IMG/VR virus record: IMGVR_UViG_3300023083_000001
Coordinates: 194,358 to 258,357 of that record
Strand: one strand, 5' to 3'
Length of the DNA stretch: 64,000 nucleotides
Part shown: positions 24,454-33,636 of the stretch, one piece after another
Numbering within the stretch: position 1 is the first letter of the stretch
How the letters are laid out: each line of letters begins with the position of its first letter
Notes under the pieces: model-generated
The model's input: only the letters and a program-made list of their open reading frames with translations
Databases searched by the model: none
What the model was told of the DNA's origin: nothing
Position numbers and translations under genes: made by a program

Positions 24454-26610
24454 ATGAGTTCGCATAACCCTAAAGAGTTTTTGATCCCTCCTGAGATGGT
24501 TCCTATCAGTGGATTGAATCCATACTTTCACTATGTAGCGTCAGCCCGGCAAGTAATGTTCACCGGTAACCTGCCGCAAGCGCTGTTGGTGGATGGGCGT
24601 ACTCGTAAACGGCAGCAGTCTGGCTTTGAGCGAGAAGTTGCTCGTGCCACGTTTAGCCACTCCTTCCCTCGGGATGCGGTGGTGCTTAAAATCATTCCCC
24701 GCTTCAGTTCCCAGATGTGGGGTGAGAACTTCGCAATCAACCCCATGGACCTTGTGATCTACGAGGACTATGAAACCCGACAGCTTGATTGTATCGAATT
24801 GTCCAAGTTTCACGTAATGCACCAGCATTACGGGTTCCAGTTCGATTACGACATGGACGTGTACAACAAGCTGACCAAAGGTGCCCGTTTTGAGAAGGGT
24901 ACTGTCATTGCACGTAGCCCAGCAGTGACACCGGACGGCGACTACATGTACGGTCTGGAAACCAACGTCTGTATGATTTCCCACCCGTCAGTGACTGAGG
25001 ACGGTGTGATGTACAGCAAGAGCTATGCAAATCGCATTCGCTCTGATGGTTTCGAAAGCCGGATCATTCGGTGTGGGCGTACACATTACCCCATCAACTG
25101 GAACGGCAATGCCAGTGAATACAAACCAATCCCGGATGTCGGCGACTTCATTCGTCCGAACGGTTTGATCGCAGCGCTTCGTCCATACGACAGCAAGTTC
25201 GACCCGGTCTACATGTCCAGGAAGAAGTTGTTCGCTCCGGTGTACGGCTTGGACACACCTACCTACGGCATTCCCGATGCTCAGGTAGTTGACATCAAGG
25301 TGTTGCACAACGACCGTCTGCCAAATCCTCGGATGCCTGAGGAGATGGGTAAGCAGTTCCGCAAGTATCACGAAGCGGATAAGCGGTTCTACACCGACAT
25401 CGTCAAGACGTGCCTGTGTCGCAATGGACAGAAGATGCAAAAGGACGTAGACATGTCTCCACGTCTGCGTGCTCTGGTGTTTGAAGCCATCGCCCGTGCT
25501 GGTGAAGCATTGATCGAAGAAGGCATCTGGCCTAAGGCTGAGTCTGACGAACTGCGTGCTCGCAAGAACTATCGCGGTGAACTGCTGGACGAATTCCAAG
25601 TCGAGATCATCTATAAGTACAAGACCACAGTGGGCGAAGGTCCTAAGGTTACGGACTTGGACGGTGGTAAAGGCGTAGGTTCGTTGGTAGCTGAAGACGA
25701 AGACATGCCGGTGGATGCATTCGGTAACCGTGCCGAAGTGGTAATCTTTGCCAACTCAACTGTTAACCGTCTGAACAACGGCAGGCAGCATGAGCAGGTA
25801 GTAGGCGCCGCAGGGCGTGATGTAATCAAACGCATCCGCCGTACGTACGGTCTGCCAGACGTTGGGGCTATTCCAGACCAAGTCATCCGTGATGCAGTAA
25901 CAAAGAACGAAGCCCTGTCCAACAAGAACTTCGGTTACTTGATGGGCTTCTACAAGATGGTCAGTCCTAAACAGTGGAAGCTCCTTAACCGTAAGGAAAC
26001 TATCCCGATGGGTCGCCATCTGAAACACTTGATCGAAGTCATCAAAGACGGCGACGATCCGTACGGTCTATACATTCAGATCGTGTCGGACTCTGGCGTT
26101 CGGATGGACAAGGTCATTAACGAAATCAAGAACGGTCCGTATCGTCCCGAGATGTCTCCGGTCACGTACAAGGACTTTGACGGGAAGTTTGTAACGACCA
26201 AGACAGATGTCCTGATTGGTCCGAACTACTACCTGGCGCTTGAGAAGACAGCGACAGACTGGTCTGGTGTATCTTCCTCGAAGGTGAACCATTTCGGTGT
26301 GAACGCTCGTCTGACCAATGCGGACAAGTACACCTCGCCTGGACGTCAAACCGTTACTCGTTCCATGGGTGAATCGGAAGGTCGTAACCTGGCGCACGCA
26401 ATGGGTGGTGAACATGTTGCCAACATCATGGACATGAACAACAACCCAGTAGTCCACAAAGAAGTCTGCCTCACAGTCTTGACGCACCCAACTCCGACGA
26501 ACATCGAAGCCGTGGTGGATCGGGAGTTGTTCAAGATGGGTGGTCACAGGCCTTTGGCTTATGCCATTCACCAGTTGGTGTGTTCGGGTAAAAACATCTC
26601 TCGCAAGTAA
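24454..26610 (+). CDS. Non-virion RNAP beta C-terminal subunit (phiKZ gp71-73-like), uninterrupted
   Basis: SARQVMFTGN, EDG, GPKVTDLDGGKG...DMPVD, NRLNNGRQHEQ, MGESEGR. Confidence 0.9.
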   Translation: MSSHNPKEFLIPPEMVPISGLNPYFHYVASARQVMFTGNLPQALLVDGRTRKRQQSGFEREVARATFSHSFPRDAVVLKIIPRFSSQMWGENFAINPMDLVIYEDYETRQLDCIELSKFHVMHQHYGFQFDYDMDVYNKLTKGARFEKGTVIARSPAVTPDGDYMYGLETNVCMISHPSVTEDGVMYSKSYANRIRSDGFESRIIRCGRTHYPINWNGNASEYKPIPDVGDFIRPNGLIAALRPYDSKFDPVYMSRKKLFAPVYGLDTPTYGIPDAQVVDIKVLHNDRLPNPRMPEEMGKQFRKYHEADKRFYTDIVKTCLCRNGQKMQKDVDMSPRLRALVFEAIARAGEALIEEGIWPKAESDELRARKNYRGELLDEFQVEIIYKYKTTVGEGPKVTDLDGGKGVGSLVAEDEDMPVDAFGNRAEVVIFANSTVNRLNNGRQHEQVVGAAGRDVIKRIRRTYGLPDVGAIPDQVIRDAVTKNEALSNKNFGYLMGFYKMVSPKQWKLLNRKETIPMGRHLKHLIEVIKDGDDPYGLYIQIVSDSGVRMDKVINEIKNGPYRPEMSPVTYKDFDGKFVTTKTDVLIGPNYYLALEKTATDWSGVSSSKVNHFGVNARLTNADKYTSPGRQTVTRSMGESEGRNLAHAMGGEHVANIMDMNNNPVVHKEVCLTVLTHPTPTNIEAVVDRELFKMGGHRPLAYAIHQLVCSGKNISRK

Positions 26611-26644
26611 TTGCGAGAGGTACTCTTGAGGAGTCGTAATAAAG

Positions 26645-28618
26645 ATGAGACGATTCAAAGCCAGTGAATTGTTTACTACACACGTCTACATGTGGCCTTG
26701 CAAACAGCTGGAGAAGTTCATCCTGGAGTTTGATGACGGGGACTGGATTGAGACTAATACCTATCGCACCGAAGTCTCTCGCAAGATGTGGATGGCTCAC
26801 GAACATTACGATCGACTGCCCATCTACAAACGGCACCACATCGGCAATGGTCCTCTGAGTAATGCCAGGTTGCAGGACGTGGCGTCTGCCATTGTCGAGG
26901 ATGTGCAGAACATCTACGGGGACGCAGGTTATAATCGGGAAGAGTTGTGGTTCCTGACGTACAAGGCGTTCGAGCGTTTGTATAACGAATCGATCGTCGA
27001 GTATTCTGAATACGTGCGAAGTTCCAACTCGTTCGACTTCAGTGACCTGTACGAGTTTCCTCCGATCAAAGCTGCACGGGAAAAGATCCTGGAGAACCCG
27101 AACAACCTTTCCATTAAGAAAGGCTACGATGAAGCTGCGTTGGTATTGATGAAAGATCCACTCATCGCGCGTAACTCCATCGTGTCTGACTTGCGAGCCG
27201 GTTTGCTCAAGATGGAACAGTTGCTCCAGATCCTGGTGATCCGTGGCGATAACACTGACATCGATTCGCACATCTACAACCGACCTATCACCGGCAACTA
27301 TTTCGCAGGGATCCACGATCCGGCGGAAGCGATGATGGAATCGACCTTGGCGGCTAAAGCGATCATCTTTACCGGTGCTCCGCTTGAGCAGACTGAGTAT
27401 GCGAACCGTAAGATGCAGTTCACCTCCCAGAAGGTAGATCTGTTGGTCATGAACGATTGTGGTGCACGACCTGAAGCTGAGATCGAAGTCACCTTGTCCC
27501 GCTTCAAGGACATGGAAGGTCTGTATTACCTGGATGAGAAGACGGGTAACCAGAAATCTCTGCGTATCTGGGATACGGACATGATCGACAAGAAGCTGAA
27601 GTTCCGTCTACCGTTCAACTGTCGGTATCGCGACCAGAACAACATCTGTCAGAAGTGTTACGGCGACTTGGCGTACAACATCCCGTTCGGTACCAACATT
27701 GGGCACGTGGCTTCCACCATGACCCAGTCTGAAGTATCGCAGCAGGTATTGAAGGTTAAGCACTCCGAAGCTTCAGCGGTGTCTGATCTGATCAGCATCA
27801 ACGAAGACGAGCGTCCGTACATTCTACCAGGCGGCGAAGCCAATGAGATCCGTCTCAATCCAAGACTGGCACGTAAAGGCATTAAGTTGCTGCTGCGTAG
27901 CGTTTCCAGTCAAGGTACGGCCAACGCCTCGAAGTTGCCTATCCTGAAGAAGGCTGATGTGCAAGAAGGGTTGTCGACTTCCCGCTTCAGTCAGTTCAAG
28001 GACGTCACGTTCGAAATCCCAGCTGAGGGTAAACAACCCATGCGTTATCACGTAGCGGTATCGCGTGGTGCTCGGATGAGTTATCTCACAGCTCCATTCC
28101 TGCGGTTCTTCCTTAAAGAAGGCTTCAAGATTAAGGATGATGGTTACTATCACATCAACCTGGATAACTGGGACTTCGACCAGCCTGTGTTTGAAATGCC
28201 CAACCGTCACGGTAACATGAAGGACTTTGCGGCAGAAGTTGAAGTGTTCATTCGTTCGACACGTGATTCGTCCCAGCGTCACTTGGGTCGATTGAAACAA
28301 CTGAAAGGTTACGACGATCCAGTAGAAGCATTGCTGGACCTGCACGAACTGATTAGCAGTAAGGTGTCCGTACACTTTACTCATGTGGCGATCGTCATGC
28401 TGTCGATGATGGTGGCGAAGAACAACGGTAACGACTGGAGTATCCCTCCTATCGAAGTACCAGTGAAGTTCGCCAAGTATGACCAGATCATCAACGGTGG
28501 ATCCCTGGGTCCTTTGTTCGCCTATCAAGGTGGCAGAAAGATCCTGGAAGACATTGATCAGTACATGAACACCAACCGAATGCCTCACTTGATGGACCCG
28601 ATGCTCTTACCCGTGTAG
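26645..28618 (+). CDS. Non-virion RNAP beta' C-terminal subunit (phiKZ gp74-like)
   Basis: RGDNTDID, ANRKMQ, CRYR...ICQKCYG, trigger-loop-like SQQVLKVKH. Confidence 0.9.
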   Translation: MRRFKASELFTTHVYMWPCKQLEKFILEFDDGDWIETNTYRTEVSRKMWMAHEHYDRLPIYKRHHIGNGPLSNARLQDVASAIVEDVQNIYGDAGYNREELWFLTYKAFERLYNESIVEYSEYVRSSNSFDFSDLYEFPPIKAAREKILENPNNLSIKKGYDEAALVLMKDPLIARNSIVSDLRAGLLKMEQLLQILVIRGDNTDIDSHIYNRPITGNYFAGIHDPAEAMMESTLAAKAIIFTGAPLEQTEYANRKMQFTSQKVDLLVMNDCGARPEAEIEVTLSRFKDMEGLYYLDEKTGNQKSLRIWDTDMIDKKLKFRLPFNCRYRDQNNICQKCYGDLAYNIPFGTNIGHVASTMTQSEVSQQVLKVKHSEASAVSDLISINEDERPYILPGGEANEIRLNPRLARKGIKLLLRSVSSQGTANASKLPILKKADVQEGLSTSRFSQFKDVTFEIPAEGKQPMRYHVAVSRGARMSYLTAPFLRFFLKEGFKIKDDGYYHINLDNWDFDQPVFEMPNRHGNMKDFAAEVEVFIRSTRDSSQRHLGRLKQLKGYDDPVEALLDLHELISSKVSVHFTHVAIVMLSMMVAKNNGNDWSIPPIEVPVKFAKYDQIINGGSLGPLFAYQGGRKILEDIDQYMNTNRMPHLMDPMLLPV

Positions 28619-28634
28619 TACGCAGCATAGAGAG

Positions 28635-28661
28635 AGCCACCTTCACCGGTGGCTTTTTTTT
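28635..28661 (+). terminator. Intrinsic terminator
   Basis: agccacc-ttcacc-ggtggct followed by a T-run; CATA upstream. Confidence 0.75.
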
Positions 28662-28702
28662 CTACATATAGAGGGAATACTTTAACCAATTCACTAGGAG
28701 TA

Positions 28703-30226
28703 ATGGTTGTGCGTATAGATGTCTTTAGCCATTCCTTCATGGTGACTGAATTATCAGACCGCCAGAATCATGCAACGAAGCAGTTTATCCGAACATTGAT
28801 TCAATACGAACCTGTGGTTACTGAGGGTCGTAAGGAAATGGTACCAGCTCGCGTCTTTGCCTCAACCAACGAGGACCGCGAGTACTTCAGGTTCCACATC
28901 AACATGTTCTCAGAATTCCTGGAGCGTCTGCGTTTCGAGCAGATCCCCGATCGTGATGTCCAACAACATCACCACAAGTTTGAGGTGCGGGAAGATTCGA
29001 AGATAGAACACATCGTCAAGTTCCTGCACAACCCACGTGACACTCAGCCGGACATCATCGACTACATCAAGGCTGATGGGGATAACAAAGTCGTTACCCT
29101 CCAACCGGGCGGTGGTAAGACACTGATCGCTAAGCACTGCATCGCTGACTTCGGTGTCAGGACTGCGTGCATCATGCGTGGTAGCTTCATCGATCGATGG
29201 GTTCCTGACCTTGAGGATACCTTCGAGCTGAAACGTGGAGAGTTATTGGTCATCCGTGGATCGCAGTCTCTGAATGCGTTAATGGAGATGGCGTTGGAAG
29301 GGGATGAGTTGGGTAAGATCATCATGATCTCCATCAACACCTTCACCAACTACATCAAGGACTTCGAGAAACAAGGCGCGTCCGAGCAGTATCCGATTCC
29401 ACCAGGCTACTTCTTTGAGAAGTTAGGGATTCCTTTCGGTATCTTTGACGAAGCCCACCAGTTCCCCCACCAAGTCATGAAGATGTTCTCTTACATGCAC
29501 ATTGGTAAGTTCCTGTCCCTGTCCGCCACATTGAACACCCAAGACAAGTTCATGAATTCAATGTACGAAGTGATGTACCCACGAGGTACACGTTTCGATG
29601 GCGGTAAGTTCAACGCCTTTGTTGTAGCTGCATCGATCAAGTATTCGTTAAAGGTACCCAACTCTATCCGGTGTAAGGGCTTCCAAGGCGCGTACAGTCA
29701 TACAACGTTTGAAGCCTCACTGATGGTCAGGAAGAACAAACGTCTGCTTGACAACTACCTGGCGCTCATCAGCTGGGCGGTTAAAGAGAACTTCACCGAT
29801 GTAATGATCAAGGGTCAGAAAGCGATCGTGTTCTGTGGGACCATCAACTTCTGTACCCTGGTTCAGAAACACTTGCAAGCGCTTCACCCGCATCTTAAGG
29901 TGGTGCGTTACGTATCGAAAGACAAGATGTCGGTTATGGACAGTGCAGACATTATCGTCAGTACAGTCTTGTCAGCAGGTACAGCTGTGGACATCGTGGG
30001 TCTCAGGTACAACCTGCTGACCACCGCGATCGATTCGCAGCAGTCAAATGAACAAACGATGGGTCGGACACGAGTCTTGAAAGACTGGCCTGGTACCGAT
30101 GTCGTGTTCCATTACTTTGTTTGTGATGGGATCGAGAAGCACATGAAGTATGACATGAATAAACGGGAGTACTTCCGGGGCCGTGTTAAGTCGCACGGTA
30201 CGGTAATGGCTCCTATCAGCGTATAA
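28703..30226 (+). CDS. SF2 (UvsW-like) helicase (phiKZ gp75-like)
   Basis: Walker A QPGGGKT, DEAH, SAT, QTMGRTR; ATG 28703 after AGGAG. Confidence 0.9.
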   Translation: MVVRIDVFSHSFMVTELSDRQNHATKQFIRTLIQYEPVVTEGRKEMVPARVFASTNEDREYFRFHINMFSEFLERLRFEQIPDRDVQQHHHKFEVREDSKIEHIVKFLHNPRDTQPDIIDYIKADGDNKVVTLQPGGGKTLIAKHCIADFGVRTACIMRGSFIDRWVPDLEDTFELKRGELLVIRGSQSLNALMEMALEGDELGKIIMISINTFTNYIKDFEKQGASEQYPIPPGYFFEKLGIPFGIFDEAHQFPHQVMKMFSYMHIGKFLSLSATLNTQDKFMNSMYEVMYPRGTRFDGGKFNAFVVAASIKYSLKVPNSIRCKGFQGAYSHTTFEASLMVRKNKRLLDNYLALISWAVKENFTDVMIKGQKAIVFCGTINFCTLVQKHLQALHPHLKVVRYVSKDKMSVMDSADIIVSTVLSAGTAVDIVGLRYNLLTTAIDSQQSNEQTMGRTRVLKDWPGTDVVFHYFVCDGIEKHMKYDMNKREYFRGRVKSHGTVMAPISV

Positions 30227-30230
30227 CTTA

Positions 30231-30250
30231 GCCGGGGAGAAATCCCCGGC
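30231..30250. terminator. Hairpin after the helicase gene
   Basis: gccgggga-GAAA-tccccggc followed by ctttattt. Confidence 0.65.
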
Positions 30251-30273
30251 CTTTATTTCCCTTAGGAGGGTAG

Positions 30274-30612
30274 ATGGATCTCAGCAAGCTCTCTTACAAA
30301 GAGTTAGACACGCTCCTGGAACAGGTCGTCGTTGCCCGTAACGCAGCTTGGCAAGCCTTAGGTAGCGTACCTATCGAACATCCAGTAAATGGCTGGAACT
30401 GTTTCCATTGCGGTATGAAGTTTTACCACGTTCATCAAGCCAGACTCCATTTTGGTACCGCAGTGGACGCAACACCTTACTGCCAGTTCTCCCCCGAAGC
30501 TCACAACCTGATTCACCGTATTAGGGAATTGGAACTCGAACTTGAAACCACACGCGAAGTTTTCGCTGAGCATTTAGAAGGATGTAGTGATGTCTCTCAA
30601 AGTAAAGTCTGA
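30274..30612 (+). CDS. Accessory Zn-finger-like coiled-coil protein
   Basis: WNCFHCG..F...ARLHFG...PYC; AGGAGG SD. Confidence 0.75.
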   Translation: MDLSKLSYKELDTLLEQVVVARNAAWQALGSVPIEHPVNGWNCFHCGMKFYHVHQARLHFGTAVDATPYCQFSPEAHNLIHRIRELELELETTREVFAEHLEGCSDVSQSKV

Positions 30613-30895
30613 GCCTTTGGAAATAACCTCTTCGACATTCATCGGGAACTTCCGAACTTCTGATCTCCTCAAATGGAAATCGTCAGCCATTCCAGTGCCA
30701 CAGGAAATCCTCGCTAAATCAAATCTCTCAATGAACTTGCTGTTAAATCAGTACAGCCAAGGGAAACTGACGCGTGAACAGTTCCTGGATGCCCTCGAGA
30801 AACAAATGGGTCCTCAGCTAGACACTGAAGCAACGATCTCGGATGAAACCATCCAGAAGTTCTTGGCGCAAGTCCAACCTCAAGATAAGGAGTGA
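30590..30895 (+). CDS. Accessory hypothetical protein
   Basis: About 101 aa; overlaps both neighbours. Confidence 0.7.
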   Translation: MSLKVKSEPLEITSSTFIGNFRTSDLLKWKSSAIPVPQEILAKSNLSMNLLLNQYSQGKLTREQFLDALEKQMGPQLDTEATISDETIQKFLAQVQPQDKE

Positions 30896-30897
30896 TC

Positions 30898-31947
30898 ATG
30901 TTCGATAAGTATACGTCAGAAGTTCTCGCGCTGATTGAAAGGGCCATCAACGAAGTTACCGGTCAGGTGGTGACTGATGCTGAAGTCCTGGACATCCTTA
31001 AAGAGCTGGATAATCGCGGCCTTGAGGTTAAGGTCAAGCCGCGTGTACTGGATGAGCTGCAAGCCGAGTTTGCGAGAACAACTCACGACATGCCTTTCAT
31101 CATCCGTCCTCAAAGCTTGCCGTTAGTGGAGGATAGAGTGTCGGTTCGTCGTGAGGAAGTCCACGGTGGGGTGGATTACTTCGCTTACTACAGACAGCCC
31201 AATAAAGCCACAGCTGAAAGGGTGAAAGCTGAGTTCGATAAGGAACTGGGCTGTACCGACAAAACGAAGATCGTTACCGTACCATCAGAACAATCGGTCG
31301 TATCGGGTACGGCCGCAGCAGTTGTCTCGACACTGAGCCCACTAGGTGTATCACCAGCCTTTATGGTGGACGGTAAGTACAACGCCGAAATGCACCGTAT
31401 GATGATCGATGAGGAGATCAACAATCCGACTTACCCGCATGTGATGAAACTTCTGAAGCCTAACCTCGTAGTGGACTTGGAAGACCTCAAACGGAAAACC
31501 GAAGGACTCGATCCCAACGACGCGTTTCTGACGCAAGAGCAACAAGGGTGGATCGTGCAACGTTGTAATGTTGACAAAGAGTATTTCGAAGCAAAGGTGG
31601 CCATGATCGATCGCAAGCTTATCGCCGACATTGATATCTCTGATACCTATCCGAAAACAATGACGTTAGCGGTAGATCTCCCACCCTCCCCTTTCACGGT
31701 GGTTATTCATCATGACTGGGAGGTGGATTTGATTCGTTCCGACAGAACCTCGTTCTTCAAACGGGACGAGTATTCTGTTCTTCTTGCCGATTTAATGAAA
31801 GTCGTTACGGATGTCCGGGCCGCAATACAACGAACTGAACATTCCAGCAGAAACGATATTAATGTATCTATCACAATGAGCATTGCTGCAATGTTTGATA
31901 GTAACCCGAACTTCAAAGGTGTGACTTACCTCAGTCCCAAGACGTAG
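30898..31947 (+). CDS. Accessory hypothetical protein
   Basis: About 350 aa; AAGGAG SD. Confidence 0.8.
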   Translation: MFDKYTSEVLALIERAINEVTGQVVTDAEVLDILKELDNRGLEVKVKPRVLDELQAEFARTTHDMPFIIRPQSLPLVEDRVSVRREEVHGGVDYFAYYRQPNKATAERVKAEFDKELGCTDKTKIVTVPSEQSVVSGTAAAVVSTLSPLGVSPAFMVDGKYNAEMHRMMIDEEINNPTYPHVMKLLKPNLVVDLEDLKRKTEGLDPNDAFLTQEQQGWIVQRCNVDKEYFEAKVAMIDRKLIADIDISDTYPKTMTLAVDLPPSPFTVVIHHDWEVDLIRSDRTSFFKRDEYSVLLADLMKVVTDVRAAIQRTEHSSRNDINVSITMSIAAMFDSNPNFKGVTYLSPKT

Positions 31948-31951
31948 ACAG

Positions 31952-31996
31952 CATACAGCCCGGCTCACGCCGGGCTGTATGTCACTTCTTTTTTTT
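31952..31996. repeat. Palindromic CATA-stem-TATG element / bidirectional terminator
   Basis: catacagcccggc-TCAC-gccgggctgtatg (13-bp perfect stem) followed by cttc and a T8 run; convergent junction. Confidence 0.88.
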
Positions 31997-32007
31997 GTAT
32001 CAAACCA

Positions 32008-33630
32008 CTACTGAGCTGGAGAGTAGTAGATCACGACGTTATTGCGCTCTTCTTCTGAAGTCACGTAACGCAGGATGTGGTTCAGATCGTAGAGCTTGGC
32101 TTCCTGTACACGGCCCGCAGGACGGCGCGTGTGGATCAGCAGGGTCAGCAGATCTTCGAACGTCGAGGACGCCGACTTGCTCACTTTCATCTGAGCCCAA
32201 CCACGGCGAGCCTTATCGGAGATGAACAACGTGTTGTAGTTCTCGTTGATGAAGTCCAGCAGGATGTTCCAGCCTTCGTAGAAGGACTGGGTGTCGCGCT
32301 GCATGACCAGACGGATTGCCTTGTACAGAATGACCTGAGCAGTTGCTGCCGTGGCTTCGGTCAGGTTCGACCCATTCTTGGACATGATGTTCTTGTACTC
32401 TTCCAGCTTGGACTTCAGTAGCATGTTATCCACGTTTGCCTCCGACGGCATTTCAGGTAGTGAATCAAGCAGACGTGCGGCGCTGAAGGACTGAGTCAGC
32501 CCCAAACGTTGACGCAGTTGCTCCAGCAACTCTTCTTCAGTGAAATCAGTATCGATCTCCTTGAGCAGAGCGCTTCGTAGTTCTTTGTACTGCCAGTGGT
32601 GGATCGACTTCGCTTTACGAGTCGCATCGTCTTTCAGCACACCTTGAGAAGTGTACTCAGGACGTTCACCGGTGAGGGCGTAATGCTTGGCTGCTTCGAC
32701 AGTCCAGTTGCCTGGCATGCGGAAACGTTTGTACAGCTCTTCTTCCAGAGCCTGCTCATCGACACCCTTAGGTGTCTTGATGCTGCCGTCTACCCAATCG
32801 AGCAGTTCGTCAGACGACCAGTCGGTGAGCGTACGTTGACGGCGGATATCTACCGGCCAGTTACCGCGGCGGGTCTTGGCTGGTTGGACACGCGATTCGT
32901 GGTAAAGGAACAACGTTGCGAAGTCCCAACCTTTCAACGCATCTTCAGGAAGGATACGGCTGTACAACGCTCGCAGATCTTCCTCAGTGAGTTTCTTGGC
33001 TTCAGCTTCACCAACGGTTACCTTTTCCCCGCTTTCAGGCTCAGCAGCCTCAGGCGCTACGGCAGCCGGTTCAGCCTTATCTTCCGGCGCAGCGCCCTGC
33101 TCTCCGCTCGACTCTTGAGCTTGGGTGCCTTCGGATGACTGAAGTCCATCATCCTGGACAGCTCCAGCATCTCCAGTAAGACTGGCTTCGGGTAGCGGGG
33201 CATCCACAGCTTCACTCGGACCAGACGTTTCGAGAGTTTCGCTGCTGTCATCTTTCGACTCAGCAGGGGCTTCTGAGGCTTTGCCGCCATCCGATTCGTC
33301 TGCCGCGCTGTCATCCGAGGACTTGCCGCTTTCGCTACCTGAATCCTGATCAGACGCCTGGTTGGGTTCGCCGACAACGTCAGGGAATTCCTTCGGTTCA
33401 GCTGTAACAGTGCTACGCTGGTCTTTATTGACATTGGAGTTACCTTCCACCGGATCGCTGGCAGGTCCTGGTTCCAGGATGGTATCGGATCCTGGAATGT
33501 GTTCAACGTCGCCAGTTGCACCACCTTTGTTGTCGGTGTTATCCAACACTTGACCCGAAGTAGGATCTTGCATTGGGGCGTTGTTCTGATTACCCGCTAC
33601 AGGGTTCTTTCTGTTGTTCTTGGAAGACAT
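32008..33630 (-). CDS. Conserved core protein with long acidic disordered N-terminus (phiKZ gp81-like position)
   Basis: 540 aa adjacent to vRNAP beta'-M; about 200 aa of D/E/S/A-rich N-terminus. Confidence 0.75.
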   Translation of the reverse strand: MSSKNNRKNPVAGNQNNAPMQDPTSGQVLDNTDNKGGATGDVEHIPGSDTILEPGPASDPVEGNSNVNKDQRSTVTAEPKEFPDVVGEPNQASDQDSGSESGKSSDDSAADESDGGKASEAPAESKDDSSETLETSGPSEAVDAPLPEASLTGDAGAVQDDGLQSSEGTQAQESSGEQGAAPEDKAEPAAVAPEAAEPESGEKVTVGEAEAKKLTEEDLRALYSRILPEDALKGWDFATLFLYHESRVQPAKTRRGNWPVDIRRQRTLTDWSSDELLDWVDGSIKTPKGVDEQALEEELYKRFRMPGNWTVEAAKHYALTGERPEYTSQGVLKDDATRKAKSIHHWQYKELRSALLKEIDTDFTEEELLEQLRQRLGLTQSFSAARLLDSLPEMPSEANVDNMLLKSKLEEYKNIMSKNGSNLTEATAATAQVILYKAIRLVMQRDTQSFYEGWNILLDFINENYNTLFISDKARRGWAQMKVSKSASSTFEDLLTLLIHTRRPAGRVQEAKLYDLNHILRYVTSEEERNNVVIYYSPAQ

Positions 33631-33636
33631 GGACAG

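Noticed and set aside
28649-28702. N-terminal extensions in the ORF track (helicase, 11296, 50638, 60669, 62606 and others)
   Set aside because: They overlap terminators or upstream genes, and downstream ATGs have better SD sequences.
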